Source: Candidatus Zhuqueibacterota bacterium
GTDB taxonomy: Bacteria > BS750m-G25
Direction: 5' to 3'
Length of the DNA stretch: 34,881 nucleotides
Assembly: GCA_016783505.1 (NCBI GenBank)
Contig: JADHWK010000021.1
Span: 1-34,881, forward strand
Positions 25,165-34,655 of this stretch are shown here, in pieces. The position numbers and the translations under genes are program-made. The notes beneath the pieces are model-generated. The model was not told where the DNA came from and did not search any database. It worked only from the letters and a program-made list of their open reading frames with translations. The first letter of the stretch is position 1. Every line of letters starts with the position of its first letter.

Positions 25165-27966
25165 ATGATTAGAAAAACATTTTGCATTTGGGTAATAATT
25201 TCGATATCGTTGATTATCTCTGGCCGGGTCTCCTTCTCCCAGGATCCAAATGTCGGTGACCCCATGTACACTAAGTGGGGCTGGATGGACGGGAATCAAA
25301 TCCGTATCCAGTTTGCCAACCACTCTGAAGTTGGCCACTGGCCCGATCCTCTATCCGGGGAATGGCCGCGGGGGTCTGGCACAGCCTACATTGACGGGGT
25401 GGCTTTCATAGTGGCCGCAGAAGCGGTTGATGTTAATGGGAACACCTTTCACACGGCGGAGACCCAATACCGGGAGTTCATGGACAATATGGCTGTTCTG
25501 CCCTGGGGTTTTTATCCCCTGCCCGGATACTGTAATTCCTTGGGAAATTCCCCAGCCATAAGCGATGATCCATACACCTGGCCGGATCATTGGCCCGGTC
25601 AGCCGGATAGTATGGACGGGCACTGGAATGGGTATTTCGGTATGGACAATTTTTATCCTAATCTGGAATCCTATTTTGTAATAGATGATGATAAAGACCT
25701 GGAATTTGATTTTTACCCGGATTCTACCGATAGCTCACGAAGGGGACTGGGTATAGAAGTATCTATTCGGGGTTTCCAATGGGACCATCAGCTGGCCGAA
25801 GATATTCTAATCTGGCAGTATGATATTATTAATGAAGGAACGACAGACTATGACCAGGTACATGTGGGAATTTATTTCGATTCAGGGGTTGGAAATGACG
25901 CCGGGTCGGATGACTGTGGGTTCTACGACGAAATGTTGGATTTAGCCTACGCTTGGGATTACGATAATATTGGGGGACATCCACCAAACACTTGGAGTCC
26001 AGTAGCTTACACAGGGTTTTCCTTTTTGGATACCCCGGATCAGTCAGGTCTAACAGGATTTCAATGTTTTCCTGTACATTATATTGAACTTGATGATGAT
26101 GAATTGGTCTGGGAAGCCTTTTCAGGTCCTCCTGCTGCAGATCCAGTTTTAAACGTGAATCTTGGCATGCTTGCTTCATCAGGGCCTTTCTCACTAAGCG
26201 CCGGAGAAACTAAGCGGGTTACTATGGCCATACTATTTGGATGGGACTTGGATGACCTCTGCAACAACGCCTATTTTGCCCGGGCTTTCTGCAATGGGGG
26301 ATACAGCTTCGACGTTCATTACGTAACAGTAACTTACCCCAACGGGGGTGAAAACATATCCGGGGAAACTACTATTACCTGGACCACAGATGGCTTAGAA
26401 GATACATCGAAAGTCACTATCTTAGTAAGTCCGGATAATGGGGATAGTTGGGATTGGTTGGCTGGGGGGGAAGAAAACGATGGGGTTTATGACTGGAACA
26501 CCACCGATCTTGAGGATGGGGTTCTTTACCGTGTTCAAGTATTTGCAATGGACGAAAATGGCGTGGGTGGGGATATTTCTAATTCCTTCTTTACCATAAA
26601 CAACCCCGGCCCCGCCAGCCCCAACGTGGATGTGCTAACCCCCCAGAATGGGGAGGAGATTCAGGGAACCTATGACATCACCTGGGTGGCCGGGGATGCC
26701 GATGGGGACAGCGTGTGGCTGACGTTATATTACAGCTACGATTGGGGTTATTCCTGGCAGCCCATCTCTGTTAATGAACTCAATGACGGGATTTATGAAT
26801 GGGATACCGGGCCTTATCCCAACACCAACAACGGGAAGATTAAAGCAGTGGTGACCGATGGGGAACTTTTTGGCGAAGATTTATCCCCAGGTTTTTTTCG
26901 GTTAAATAATTTCCATCCTATCTTAGCGGATTCCCTTCTGGAACATATTTCCGGGTTCAGCGATGGATATATTTCCGTAAATGTCGTTGATGCAAGTGTT
27001 CTTACCGGCCACCAGTATGAGATCATCTTTGATGATACGTCAGATACAATGACAACCTATGATATTTACGATTTAAACGATGGTCAATATGTAGTGGAAA
27101 ACGCCGACGAAATTTATGGTATGGAGGGTCCCTTTTTCGATGGACTTCGCCTCTGGATGGAAGATATTATTGATATTGTCCCCAAAGATTCACTAATTGA
27201 ATGGATTGTCGGTGATTGTAATTTAGAGTTGCAAGTAGGATTAGATCTTGCTTATAGCAGCGAAACTAATCCAATGCTTGATTTTAATGTTGCCTATCCG
27301 GCTGACTATGAGATTAGATACTATGATACAATTGTGGATACCTCAACTAATTTCTTAGGTAGCTTTCCGGCTATTCCCACCTATTTTGAAGTTTGGAACC
27401 TTACCGACAGTGTAAATTCGCTCTTTGCATTTGGTGACGCTGACGGAGATTCCCTATTTTCCCTTGGCGACTCTATTATCATTTTAGTCCCTGATGAATC
27501 ATTCTGGTACGGAATTAGAACTACCTGGAAGATTTCCTTTAGAATGCCGGATACTACATTAATTCCCCCTGATGCCGGGGACGTTGCTTATATCCCCATC
27601 TGGAAGCCGTTCAGCAGCCGCGATGTCTATCGCTTTCAAGCCCCCACAGCCGGGATTCCACAAAGTGGGGGAGATGGTAGCCTACCTCAAGAATACTCCT
27701 TAAGCCAGAACTACCCTAATCCGTTTAACCCGACCACCATAATTAATTATTCAATCCCCGCCCCCGAAAAGGTAAAAATTATCATTTATAATGTCATTGG
27801 CCAGGAGGTTAGGACTCTGGTAGATAAAGATCAAACAGCCGGCATCTATCAGGTTGTCTGGGGTGGAAAGGATGTTTGGGGCCGGGATGTGGCCAGTGGG
27901 GTTTACTTCTGCCGGATGCAAGCGGGGAATTTCTCAAAAGTTATCAAGATGTTGCTTATCAGGTAA
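25165..27966 (+). CDS. Large acidic secreted protein with two Ig-like repeats and a C-terminal FlgD-Ig/T9SS-like sorting domain
   Basis: Signal peptide; two V..P.(G/N)GE.I.G...ITW...S.D.G.SW....E.NDG.Y.W.T repeats; C-terminal LSQNYPNPFNPTT...ASGVYF...KMLLIR. Confidence 0.8.
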   Translation: MIRKTFCIWVIISISLIISGRVSFSQDPNVGDPMYTKWGWMDGNQIRIQFANHSEVGHWPDPLSGEWPRGSGTAYIDGVAFIVAAEAVDVNGNTFHTAETQYREFMDNMAVLPWGFYPLPGYCNSLGNSPAISDDPYTWPDHWPGQPDSMDGHWNGYFGMDNFYPNLESYFVIDDDKDLEFDFYPDSTDSSRRGLGIEVSIRGFQWDHQLAEDILIWQYDIINEGTTDYDQVHVGIYFDSGVGNDAGSDDCGFYDEMLDLAYAWDYDNIGGHPPNTWSPVAYTGFSFLDTPDQSGLTGFQCFPVHYIELDDDELVWEAFSGPPAADPVLNVNLGMLASSGPFSLSAGETKRVTMAILFGWDLDDLCNNAYFARAFCNGGYSFDVHYVTVTYPNGGENISGETTITWTTDGLEDTSKVTILVSPDNGDSWDWLAGGEENDGVYDWNTTDLEDGVLYRVQVFAMDENGVGGDISNSFFTINNPGPASPNVDVLTPQNGEEIQGTYDITWVAGDADGDSVWLTLYYSYDWGYSWQPISVNELNDGIYEWDTGPYPNTNNGKIKAVVTDGELFGEDLSPGFFRLNNFHPILADSLLEHISGFSDGYISVNVVDASVLTGHQYEIIFDDTSDTMTTYDIYDLNDGQYVVENADEIYGMEGPFFDGLRLWMEDIIDIVPKDSLIEWIVGDCNLELQVGLDLAYSSETNPMLDFNVAYPADYEIRYYDTIVDTSTNFLGSFPAIPTYFEVWNLTDSVNSLFAFGDADGDSLFSLGDSIIILVPDESFWYGIRTTWKISFRMPDTTLIPPDAGDVAYIPIWKPFSSRDVYRFQAPTAGIPQSGGDGSLPQEYSLSQNYPNPFNPTTIINYSIPAPEKVKIIIYNVIGQEVRTLVDKDQTAGIYQVVWGGKDVWGRDVASGVYFCRMQAGNFSKVIKMLLIR

Positions 27967-29276
27967 TGACCCACACAACAAAGATATCAGGATCATTCAT
28001 ACTGGTTTTGTTTATAATTGTCCAGATCTTCTTGGGCTGCGGCGCCAAAAAGTCCCAGGAAGATGGGGTGGTCAGGCTTACCTATTGGTGCTCCTCCAAC
28101 CAGTTCGAGATCGAGCTGGCCCAGACGGTAGTTCGGGAATGGAACAGCGCCCATCCCGGGGTTCAGGTAGCCTTCCAGCCCATCCCTGCCGGCCAGTCCA
28201 GCGAGGAGGTGCTGCTGGCCGCCATTGTGGGGAAGACCACCCCGGACCTGTGCTCTAACATCTGGCCGGGCAGCGTGGCCCAGTATGTGGAGGCGGGGGT
28301 GGTGGTGGCCGTGGACACCATGCCCGGATTCCATGAGGCGGTGGAATTAAGGACCCCGGAAAGTCTGGTAAAGGCCTATCGCTCCCGGGACGGACACCAG
28401 TACCAGATCCCCTGGAAGACCAATCCCATCATGATTGAATGCAACCTGGGCCTGTTCCGGGAGGCCGGGGTGGAGTCGCTGCCTAAGACCTACAGCGAAT
28501 TCTATGAGGCGGCTGAGAAATTGGTCCGGGATCGGGACGGGGACGGCTACGCCGACCAGTGGGCCGCCTACCGGGATGTTAAGGTAGACTGGTGGCAACG
28601 CTTCTTTGACTTTTACACCTTCTATGCCGCCGCTACTGATGGAAAGGCCCTTCTGGATGGGAACAGGGTAGCTTTCAATAATGCCGAAGCAGTGGAAGTT
28701 TTTCGGTTCTGGTCCGAAGGATACCGGAAGGGCTATCTGCCCAACGCCCGTTTTGAGGGGGACGCTTTCTTGCTGGAAAAGTACGCCATGCACATCACCG
28801 GACCCTGGAACATCGCCCATACGGAGAAATTCAAGCCGGAGGGATTCGAATACGACTTCATCCCCATCCCGGTGCCCGATGGCCATAAAGGCCCGGTTTA
28901 CACCTATGGAGACCAAAAAAACATCGTCATCTTCAGCACCACCCGACACCCTGGGCAGGCCTGGGAGTTTGCCCGATTCTTAATCTCCAAAGAGAACGAC
29001 CTTAAGTTGCTGGAGTTATGCGGTCAATTGCCCCAGCGGGTCAGCCTGCTAAAAGATTCCACCTTTGCCGACTATTTTGAACGTAACCCGATGATGAGGA
29101 AGTTCGCCGCCCAGGTGCCCTATACGGTAGCGGTGGACAATTCGCCCTACATCCAGGAGGTCTTCGACGCTATCTCCCAGGAATATGACGCCGCCTGCAT
29201 CATGGGGGTAAAGACCCCCGAGCAGGGCATCGCCGATGCCGCCAAACGGTCCCGAACGATTTTGTCCCGGGGATAA
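27966..29276 (+). CDS. Sugar ABC transporter substrate-binding lipoprotein
   Basis: Start at ATG 27966 (TAATG overlap) restores a signal peptide with lipobox FLGC; DGHQYQIPW, LPKTYSEF and ITGPW motifs. Confidence 0.9.
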   Translation: MTHTTKISGSFILVLFIIVQIFLGCGAKKSQEDGVVRLTYWCSSNQFEIELAQTVVREWNSAHPGVQVAFQPIPAGQSSEEVLLAAIVGKTTPDLCSNIWPGSVAQYVEAGVVVAVDTMPGFHEAVELRTPESLVKAYRSRDGHQYQIPWKTNPIMIECNLGLFREAGVESLPKTYSEFYEAAEKLVRDRDGDGYADQWAAYRDVKVDWWQRFFDFYTFYAAATDGKALLDGNRVAFNNAEAVEVFRFWSEGYRKGYLPNARFEGDAFLLEKYAMHITGPWNIAHTEKFKPEGFEYDFIPIPVPDGHKGPVYTYGDQKNIVIFSTTRHPGQAWEFARFLISKENDLKLLELCGQLPQRVSLLKDSTFADYFERNPMMRKFAAQVPYTVAVDNSPYIQEVFDAISQEYDAACIMGVKTPEQGIADAAKRSRTILSRG

Positions 29277-29307
29277 AGACCGGTCAAAGATAGCTAAAAG
29301 TTTACGC

Positions 29308-30189
29308 ATGAAAATCAAGCATAAAATAGAAAAAGGAAATCGGGTAGGATATTTATTCGTATCCCCCTACATTATTTTCTTCCTGCTGTTCACCGCCTAC
29401 CCTTTGATTTTCTCCTTTGTGCTGATCTTTCACAAGTGGAACATTATTGGGCCTATGCGCTGGGTGGGTTTGGACAATTTTATTACCCTCATCCACGACG
29501 CCCTGTTCTGGAAATCCCTGGCCAATACCTTCATCTTTCTGGTCATTCATATTCCCCTGCAGATCGTCCTGGCTCTAATAGCGGCAGAGATGTTAAACCA
29601 AAAGATGCGTCTGAGGGTGTTTTTCCGGGGCGCCTTCTTCCTGCCGGTGGTCATCTCCGGGGTGGTGGTGACCATCCTCTGGCAGCAGTTTTACTCCACC
29701 GACACCGGGTTGTTCAACGCCCTCCTGACCCACATCGGGCTGCCCCGGGTGCCCTGGCTTACCAGCACCAAGGCAGCCATGCCCTCCATCGCCCTCATGG
29801 CCACCTGGAAGAACATGGGGCTGTACATAGTGCTGTTCCTGGCGGGGCTGCAGGGCGTCCCCAGATATTTGTATGAAGCGGCAGAGATTGATGGGGCGGG
29901 AAAGCTCCAGCAGTTTCTGAAGATCACCATCCCCGCCATCAATCCCACCGTGGTCCTGGTGGTTATTATCTCCACCATCGGTGGATTTTCCCTGTTCATC
30001 GAGCCCTACGTGATGACCCAGGGAGGGCCGTTGAACTCCACTATGTCCTGCGTGCTGTACATCTACAAGCAGGCCTTTACCTTCTACAAGATGGGCTATG
30101 CGGCCGCCTTCGGGTTCATTTTAGCCTTCATCATCTTAGGGGTGGTATGGGTGCAGCGTAAGGTGGTGGAGACGGAAGTCTATACTTAG
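29308..30189 (+). CDS. Sugar ABC transporter permease (MalF-like)
   Basis: GYLFVSP, WVGLDNF and EAA loop LYEAAEIDGA; ATG 29308 preferred. Confidence 0.93.
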   Translation: MKIKHKIEKGNRVGYLFVSPYIIFFLLFTAYPLIFSFVLIFHKWNIIGPMRWVGLDNFITLIHDALFWKSLANTFIFLVIHIPLQIVLALIAAEMLNQKMRLRVFFRGAFFLPVVISGVVVTILWQQFYSTDTGLFNALLTHIGLPRVPWLTSTKAAMPSIALMATWKNMGLYIVLFLAGLQGVPRYLYEAAEIDGAGKLQQFLKITIPAINPTVVLVVIISTIGGFSLFIEPYVMTQGGPLNSTMSCVLYIYKQAFTFYKMGYAAAFGFILAFIILGVVWVQRKVVETEVYT

Positions 30190-30202
30190 ATTCAAGATTC
30201 AA

Positions 30203-31027
30203 ATGACCGGTAAAATCATAAAGAAATGGCTCTTCTACATTGTCCTGACGGGAGCGGCGGTGACCTTCATCTATCCCTTCCTGTGGATGGCGGCCGGGTC
30301 GCTGAAGCCAGAAATTGAGATCCCCAACTTTTCTCTGCTTTCCCGCAACCTTTCGGTGAACAGTTATAAAGTGGTTTTGGATAAGATCCCTATCATACGG
30401 GCTTTCTTCAACTCGGTGCTGGTGGCCACCTCGGTCACCGCTTCGGTGTTGGTGTTCAGCTCCATGGTGGGCTATGCACTGTCTCGACTCCGGTTCCGGG
30501 GTCGGGAGCTCATTTTCACCGTCATCCTGTTCACCATGATGATCCCCTTTCAGTTGACCCTCATTCCCCTGTATACCCTGATCGTTAAGTTTGGGTGGAC
30601 GGATACCTACTGGGCACTGATCGTCCCATATATGATCAACGCCTTCGGTATCCTGCTCTTCAGGCAATATTTCAAGGCTGTTCCCCAGGACCTTATTGAC
30701 GCCGCCCGGGTAGACGGGTGCGGGGAGCTCCGGATCCTGTTCCGGATCATCTGGCCCCTGTCCGTTCCGGCCCTGGTCACCGTGGGGATTATTGTCTTTA
30801 TGATGACCTGGAACGAGGTCCTGTGGCCGTTGATCGTCGTCCGCAAAGAGACCATCATGACCATGCCCCAGATGGTAACATTATTTGCCGTGGGGGGGCG
30901 GGTGGAATCCCAGGTGGGGGTGAAACTGGCGGCGGCCATGATGCTGACCCTGCCCATCGTGATCGTCTATCTGTTTTTCCAGCGCCATTTCATCGCCTCG
31001 ATGGCGACCACGGGACTAAAAGGATAG
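30203..31027 (+). CDS. Sugar ABC transporter permease (MalG-like)
   Basis: GYALSRLRFRG, LIDAARVDG, WNEVLWP and FFQRHFI motifs. Confidence 0.93.
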   Translation: MTGKIIKKWLFYIVLTGAAVTFIYPFLWMAAGSLKPEIEIPNFSLLSRNLSVNSYKVVLDKIPIIRAFFNSVLVATSVTASVLVFSSMVGYALSRLRFRGRELIFTVILFTMMIPFQLTLIPLYTLIVKFGWTDTYWALIVPYMINAFGILLFRQYFKAVPQDLIDAARVDGCGELRILFRIIWPLSVPALVTVGIIVFMMTWNEVLWPLIVVRKETIMTMPQMVTLFAVGGRVESQVGVKLAAAMMLTLPIVIVYLFFQRHFIASMATTGLKG

Positions 31028-31055
31028 GGAAAGCAACAGTAGCCAAAACACAATA

Positions 31056-31991
31056 ATGAAAAACAATTATTCCCCAAAAGGAAAATATCTTTGGGATGCT
31101 TGGTTTTTTAAAGTAGATAAAGAATATCATATGTTCTACCTTCAAGCCCCAAGATTAAGAAATCCGGCTAAACGTCATCATATCTCATCTATTGGACATG
31201 CTATCTCAAAAGATCTAATTCATTGGAAGGAATTGCCAACCGCTCTGACACCAGACAAATTAGATTGTTGGGATAATTTAGCTTTATGGACAGGCAGTGT
31301 TATCGAAAAAGACAATAAATACTATCTATTTTATACTGGCAGAAATACTAAAGCTTTCTGGATTCAAAAAATCGGCGTAGCCATATCTACTGATTTAATC
31401 CACTGGAAGAAATATCCTGATAACCCAATTATCGTCGCAGATGAGAGGTATTACCATATGGATAATAAGAAGAATGAACTAAACGTAGCACCAGCATGGA
31501 GGGACCCCTACGTTTTCAAGGATTATAAATCAGACAGATATTATATGACAATTTCAGCAAGTACTCAGGGAAATATCCAAATATACAACGGATGCATAGC
31601 AATAGCTCAATCAACCAATCTTATTGATTGGGAGATTTTATCCCCAATACTTGCACCCGGGAAGTTTGATGAAATGGAAACTTCTCAGGTGATTTTCCAC
31701 AATAGTTATTATTATCTCTTCTTTTCCACATGGGCAAAAAAGTATGGCACACATACTGGACTTCATTGTTATTTTTCAGATAATTTGTTTGGGAACTATA
31801 AACCAGTCAATGGAAATTGTGTAGTGCTTGACAACGGAGAAGAAATATACGATGTTAGGCTGTTAGATAATAATAACAATGAATTCTTAGCAATTGGCTG
31901 GTTAAACGAAGATAAGAATGGGAATTTTATTGGCGAATTATCCCATCCTTTCAAAATCACAATTGAAGGAGATAGAGTATTTAAGCAATAA
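31056..31991 (+). CDS. Five-bladed beta-propeller glycosidase, clan GH-J (GH32/GH68-like beta-fructofuranosidase)
   Basis: LWD nucleophile, HAISKDLIHW, WTGS, WRDP stabiliser and EME acid/base motifs; AT-rich. Confidence 0.8.
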   Translation: MKNNYSPKGKYLWDAWFFKVDKEYHMFYLQAPRLRNPAKRHHISSIGHAISKDLIHWKELPTALTPDKLDCWDNLALWTGSVIEKDNKYYLFYTGRNTKAFWIQKIGVAISTDLIHWKKYPDNPIIVADERYYHMDNKKNELNVAPAWRDPYVFKDYKSDRYYMTISASTQGNIQIYNGCIAIAQSTNLIDWEILSPILAPGKFDEMETSQVIFHNSYYYLFFSTWAKKYGTHTGLHCYFSDNLFGNYKPVNGNCVVLDNGEEIYDVRLLDNNNNEFLAIGWLNEDKNGNFIGELSHPFKITIEGDRVFKQ

Positions 31992-32021
31992 CCAATTTAG
32001 GAAAGGGGAAAAAAGAAGCCC

Positions 32022-33011
32022 ATGACAACCATTACTGATTATGTCGGATTTTCGGAACTTTTTCGGCGCTTTGATAAGAACCCCATTTTAACCCCGGCTA
32101 ACTGGCCCTACCCCGTCAACGCCGTCTTTAACCCCGGCGCCACAAAATTGGGGAATGAGACCTTATTGCTGGTGAGGGTTGAAGACATGGAGGGGTTTTC
32201 CCATCTAACCGTCACCCGTAGTGAGGATGGGAAAACCAATTGGCATATAGACTCCCAACCAACTCTGTTACACGATCTTAAGTCCCATCCCGAGGAGGTC
32301 TGGGGCATTGAAGACCCTCGGATCGTATGGCTCGAAGAACGCCAAGAATACGCTATTACCTATGCCTCTTTCTCCCGTGGGGGCCCCCTCGTTTCCCTGA
32401 CCATGACCAAGGACTTTAAGACCTTCAAGCGGATGGGGGCTATTATGCCGCCCGATGATAAAGATGCTTCCCTCTTTCCCCGACGTTTCGGCGGTCGCTG
32501 GATCCTAATTCATAGACCTATGCCAGTTTCCAATGGTATGGGGGCTCATATCTGGTTTTCCTACTCACCGGATTTAAAGTATTGGGGGGATCACCATGTC
32601 GTGATCGAGGCACGACAGGGGGGATGGTGGGACGCCAACAAGATCGGCCTCGGTCCCCAACCCTTAGAAACGGAGGAGGGCTGGCTCATCCTCTACCACG
32701 GGGTACGACGCACCGCATCGGGCTCCATTTACCGGTTGGGATTGGCCCTTTTAGACTTAGAGGAACCCTGGAAAGTGATTCGCCGGAGCAATGAATGGAT
32801 CTTCGGACCTAAAGAAGTCTACGAACGGATTGGGGGTATCCCCAACGTTATTTTTCCATGCGGTGCTGTTATTGACCGAGAGACGAACGAACTTCGGCTT
32901 TACTATGGAGCCGCCGACACCACCATCGGGCTGGCAATGGCCAAGATGGATGAGCTGCTGGATTACATAAAGTCGTGTCCTGGTCCCAAAGAATGGCGAA
33001 CCAGAGCATGA
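32022..33011 (+). CDS. GH130 beta-mannoside phosphorylase/glycosidase
   Basis: VFNPGA, EDPRI, DKDA, IHRP, KIG.GP, LYHGV, NVIFPCG and YYGAADT motifs. Confidence 0.9.
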   Translation: MTTITDYVGFSELFRRFDKNPILTPANWPYPVNAVFNPGATKLGNETLLLVRVEDMEGFSHLTVTRSEDGKTNWHIDSQPTLLHDLKSHPEEVWGIEDPRIVWLEERQEYAITYASFSRGGPLVSLTMTKDFKTFKRMGAIMPPDDKDASLFPRRFGGRWILIHRPMPVSNGMGAHIWFSYSPDLKYWGDHHVVIEARQGGWWDANKIGLGPQPLETEEGWLILYHGVRRTASGSIYRLGLALLDLEEPWKVIRRSNEWIFGPKEVYERIGGIPNVIFPCGAVIDRETNELRLYYGAADTTIGLAMAKMDELLDYIKSCPGPKEWRTRA

Positions 33012-33020
33012 TCCTGGCTT

Positions 33021-34481
33021 ATGAAAAGTTTGATCCATTGGAATAGGGCTAAATTCCGGGCCCCCTGGCTTTTTTTCATCATCTTCGGATGCGGAGCCCC
33101 ACCCCGGCCCGGGGATTTCTCCCGATTAATTAACCTTTCCCATTTAGATTTTCTAAATGAAGCGGTGGAAATTGGGGGAACCCCCATGCTCATCACCCAC
33201 ATCTATTCTGAATTTCCGGATTATCAATGGGTGGATGCCGAGGGGGAAGGGATCGCCTGTGTGGACGATGTCAGCAGGGCCGTCTTGGTTTATCTTAAAC
33301 ATCATGAACTGTTCAATGATGAAGAAAGCCTCCAGAAGGCTAGCCTGGGGTTGAACTTTGTGATGTATATGGAGGAGGACGGGGAATTCTATAACTTCAT
33401 CCATCAGGATTATACCATTAATAAAACGGGAAGGACCAGCAAAAAGTCCTTTAATTGGTGGGCTGTCCGGGGGCTGAGGGCCCTGTGTTATGGCTACAAG
33501 GTTTTCAAGGATCAGGATGAAGAATATGCCTCAAGATTGAAGGATCATATTGTAGCTACATTTGAACCCCTAAATGAGATTCTGAGTTCTTATGGGTCAT
33601 ACCTTAAATTTTCTGCAGTATCATTAGTATTTGAACCGGATACAACTGACGTTAAATATTTTCAGGGCCCCCCAGCCTGGTTGGTGAACAACGGTGGTGA
33701 TGCCACCGCTGAAGTCGTGCTCGCCCTTTTGGACTACTACGGGATGGACCCCGATCCAAGCGTCAAGGATATGATCGAAAAATTCTCCGAGGGTTTAGTC
33801 CAGTATCAGCGGGGTGACGGGCAGACGTTTCCCTTCGGGGCCCATCTGAGCTGGCGGAATGTCTGGCACGCCTGGGGAAATTCCCAGACCCAGGCCCTGG
33901 CCCGGGCGGGAAGGAGCTTCAACCGGCAAGATTGGATTGAATCAGCCAAAAGGGAGGCGGACAATTTTTACATTTATCTTCTTTCCCAAAATTATCTAAA
34001 CCATATCGAGTTGAGAGAAAGTTGCCAATATCAGATTAAGATTTTTCCCCAGATCAGCTACGGGATACGGCCCATGGTCTCCGGATTGTTGGAACTATAT
34101 AAAACCACTAATGACGAAAAGTACGCCCAATCGGCCGGGCTGGCCGCCTCATGGCTGCGGGGGAATAATCCCGCCGGGAAGGCCATGTACGACCCCGCTA
34201 CGGGCCGTTGCTATGACGGCATTCAAAGCCCGGATGAGATCAACAGGAATTCTGGGGCCGAATCTACCATTGAGGCCTTAATGACCTTATTGGAAATTTC
34301 CCAAAATCCATTAGCATCTTCTTATTACTTTAACGATTTAATTATGACCCAGAAGGACAAAGGTGCCTACCCCGTTCCCGAAAAACGCACTATCATTTAT
34401 AAAGACAAACACGGAAACAGGATAAGGGTTGGCTGGAACGAGAAAAGCCAAAGGTTTTACATAATGAAAGGTGGGGTTTAA
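33021..34481 (+). CDS. Hypothetical lipoprotein, probable (alpha/alpha)6 six-hairpin glycosidase-like fold
   Basis: Lipobox IFGC; ACVDDVSRA, DGEFYNF, WWAVRGL, WLRGNN and CYDG...NRNSGAESTIEAL motifs. Confidence 0.6.
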   Translation: MKSLIHWNRAKFRAPWLFFIIFGCGAPPRPGDFSRLINLSHLDFLNEAVEIGGTPMLITHIYSEFPDYQWVDAEGEGIACVDDVSRAVLVYLKHHELFNDEESLQKASLGLNFVMYMEEDGEFYNFIHQDYTINKTGRTSKKSFNWWAVRGLRALCYGYKVFKDQDEEYASRLKDHIVATFEPLNEILSSYGSYLKFSAVSLVFEPDTTDVKYFQGPPAWLVNNGGDATAEVVLALLDYYGMDPDPSVKDMIEKFSEGLVQYQRGDGQTFPFGAHLSWRNVWHAWGNSQTQALARAGRSFNRQDWIESAKREADNFYIYLLSQNYLNHIELRESCQYQIKIFPQISYGIRPMVSGLLELYKTTNDEKYAQSAGLAASWLRGNNPAGKAMYDPATGRCYDGIQSPDEINRNSGAESTIEALMTLLEISQNPLASSYYFNDLIMTQKDKGAYPVPEKRTIIYKDKHGNRIRVGWNEKSQRFYIMKGGV

Positions 34482-34498
34482 ACATCTAAACTTTATTC

Positions 34499-34527
34499 TT
34501 GACATTTACCCATCGTTTATTTATATT
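34499..34527 (+). promoter_or_regulatory. Sigma70-type promoter
   Basis: TTGACA-N17-TATATT. Confidence 0.7.
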
Positions 34528-34655
34528 ATAGAAAGGAGGTGAAAATAAATTCCCACTACCAAACCAATAAAGAAAGGAGGTGATGGCAGAAAAAAAGCAA
34601 TTCTTTTAAACTGGATGCAGTGAAAAGAAAAACAGAAGTTAAAAAGGAGGTAAAG

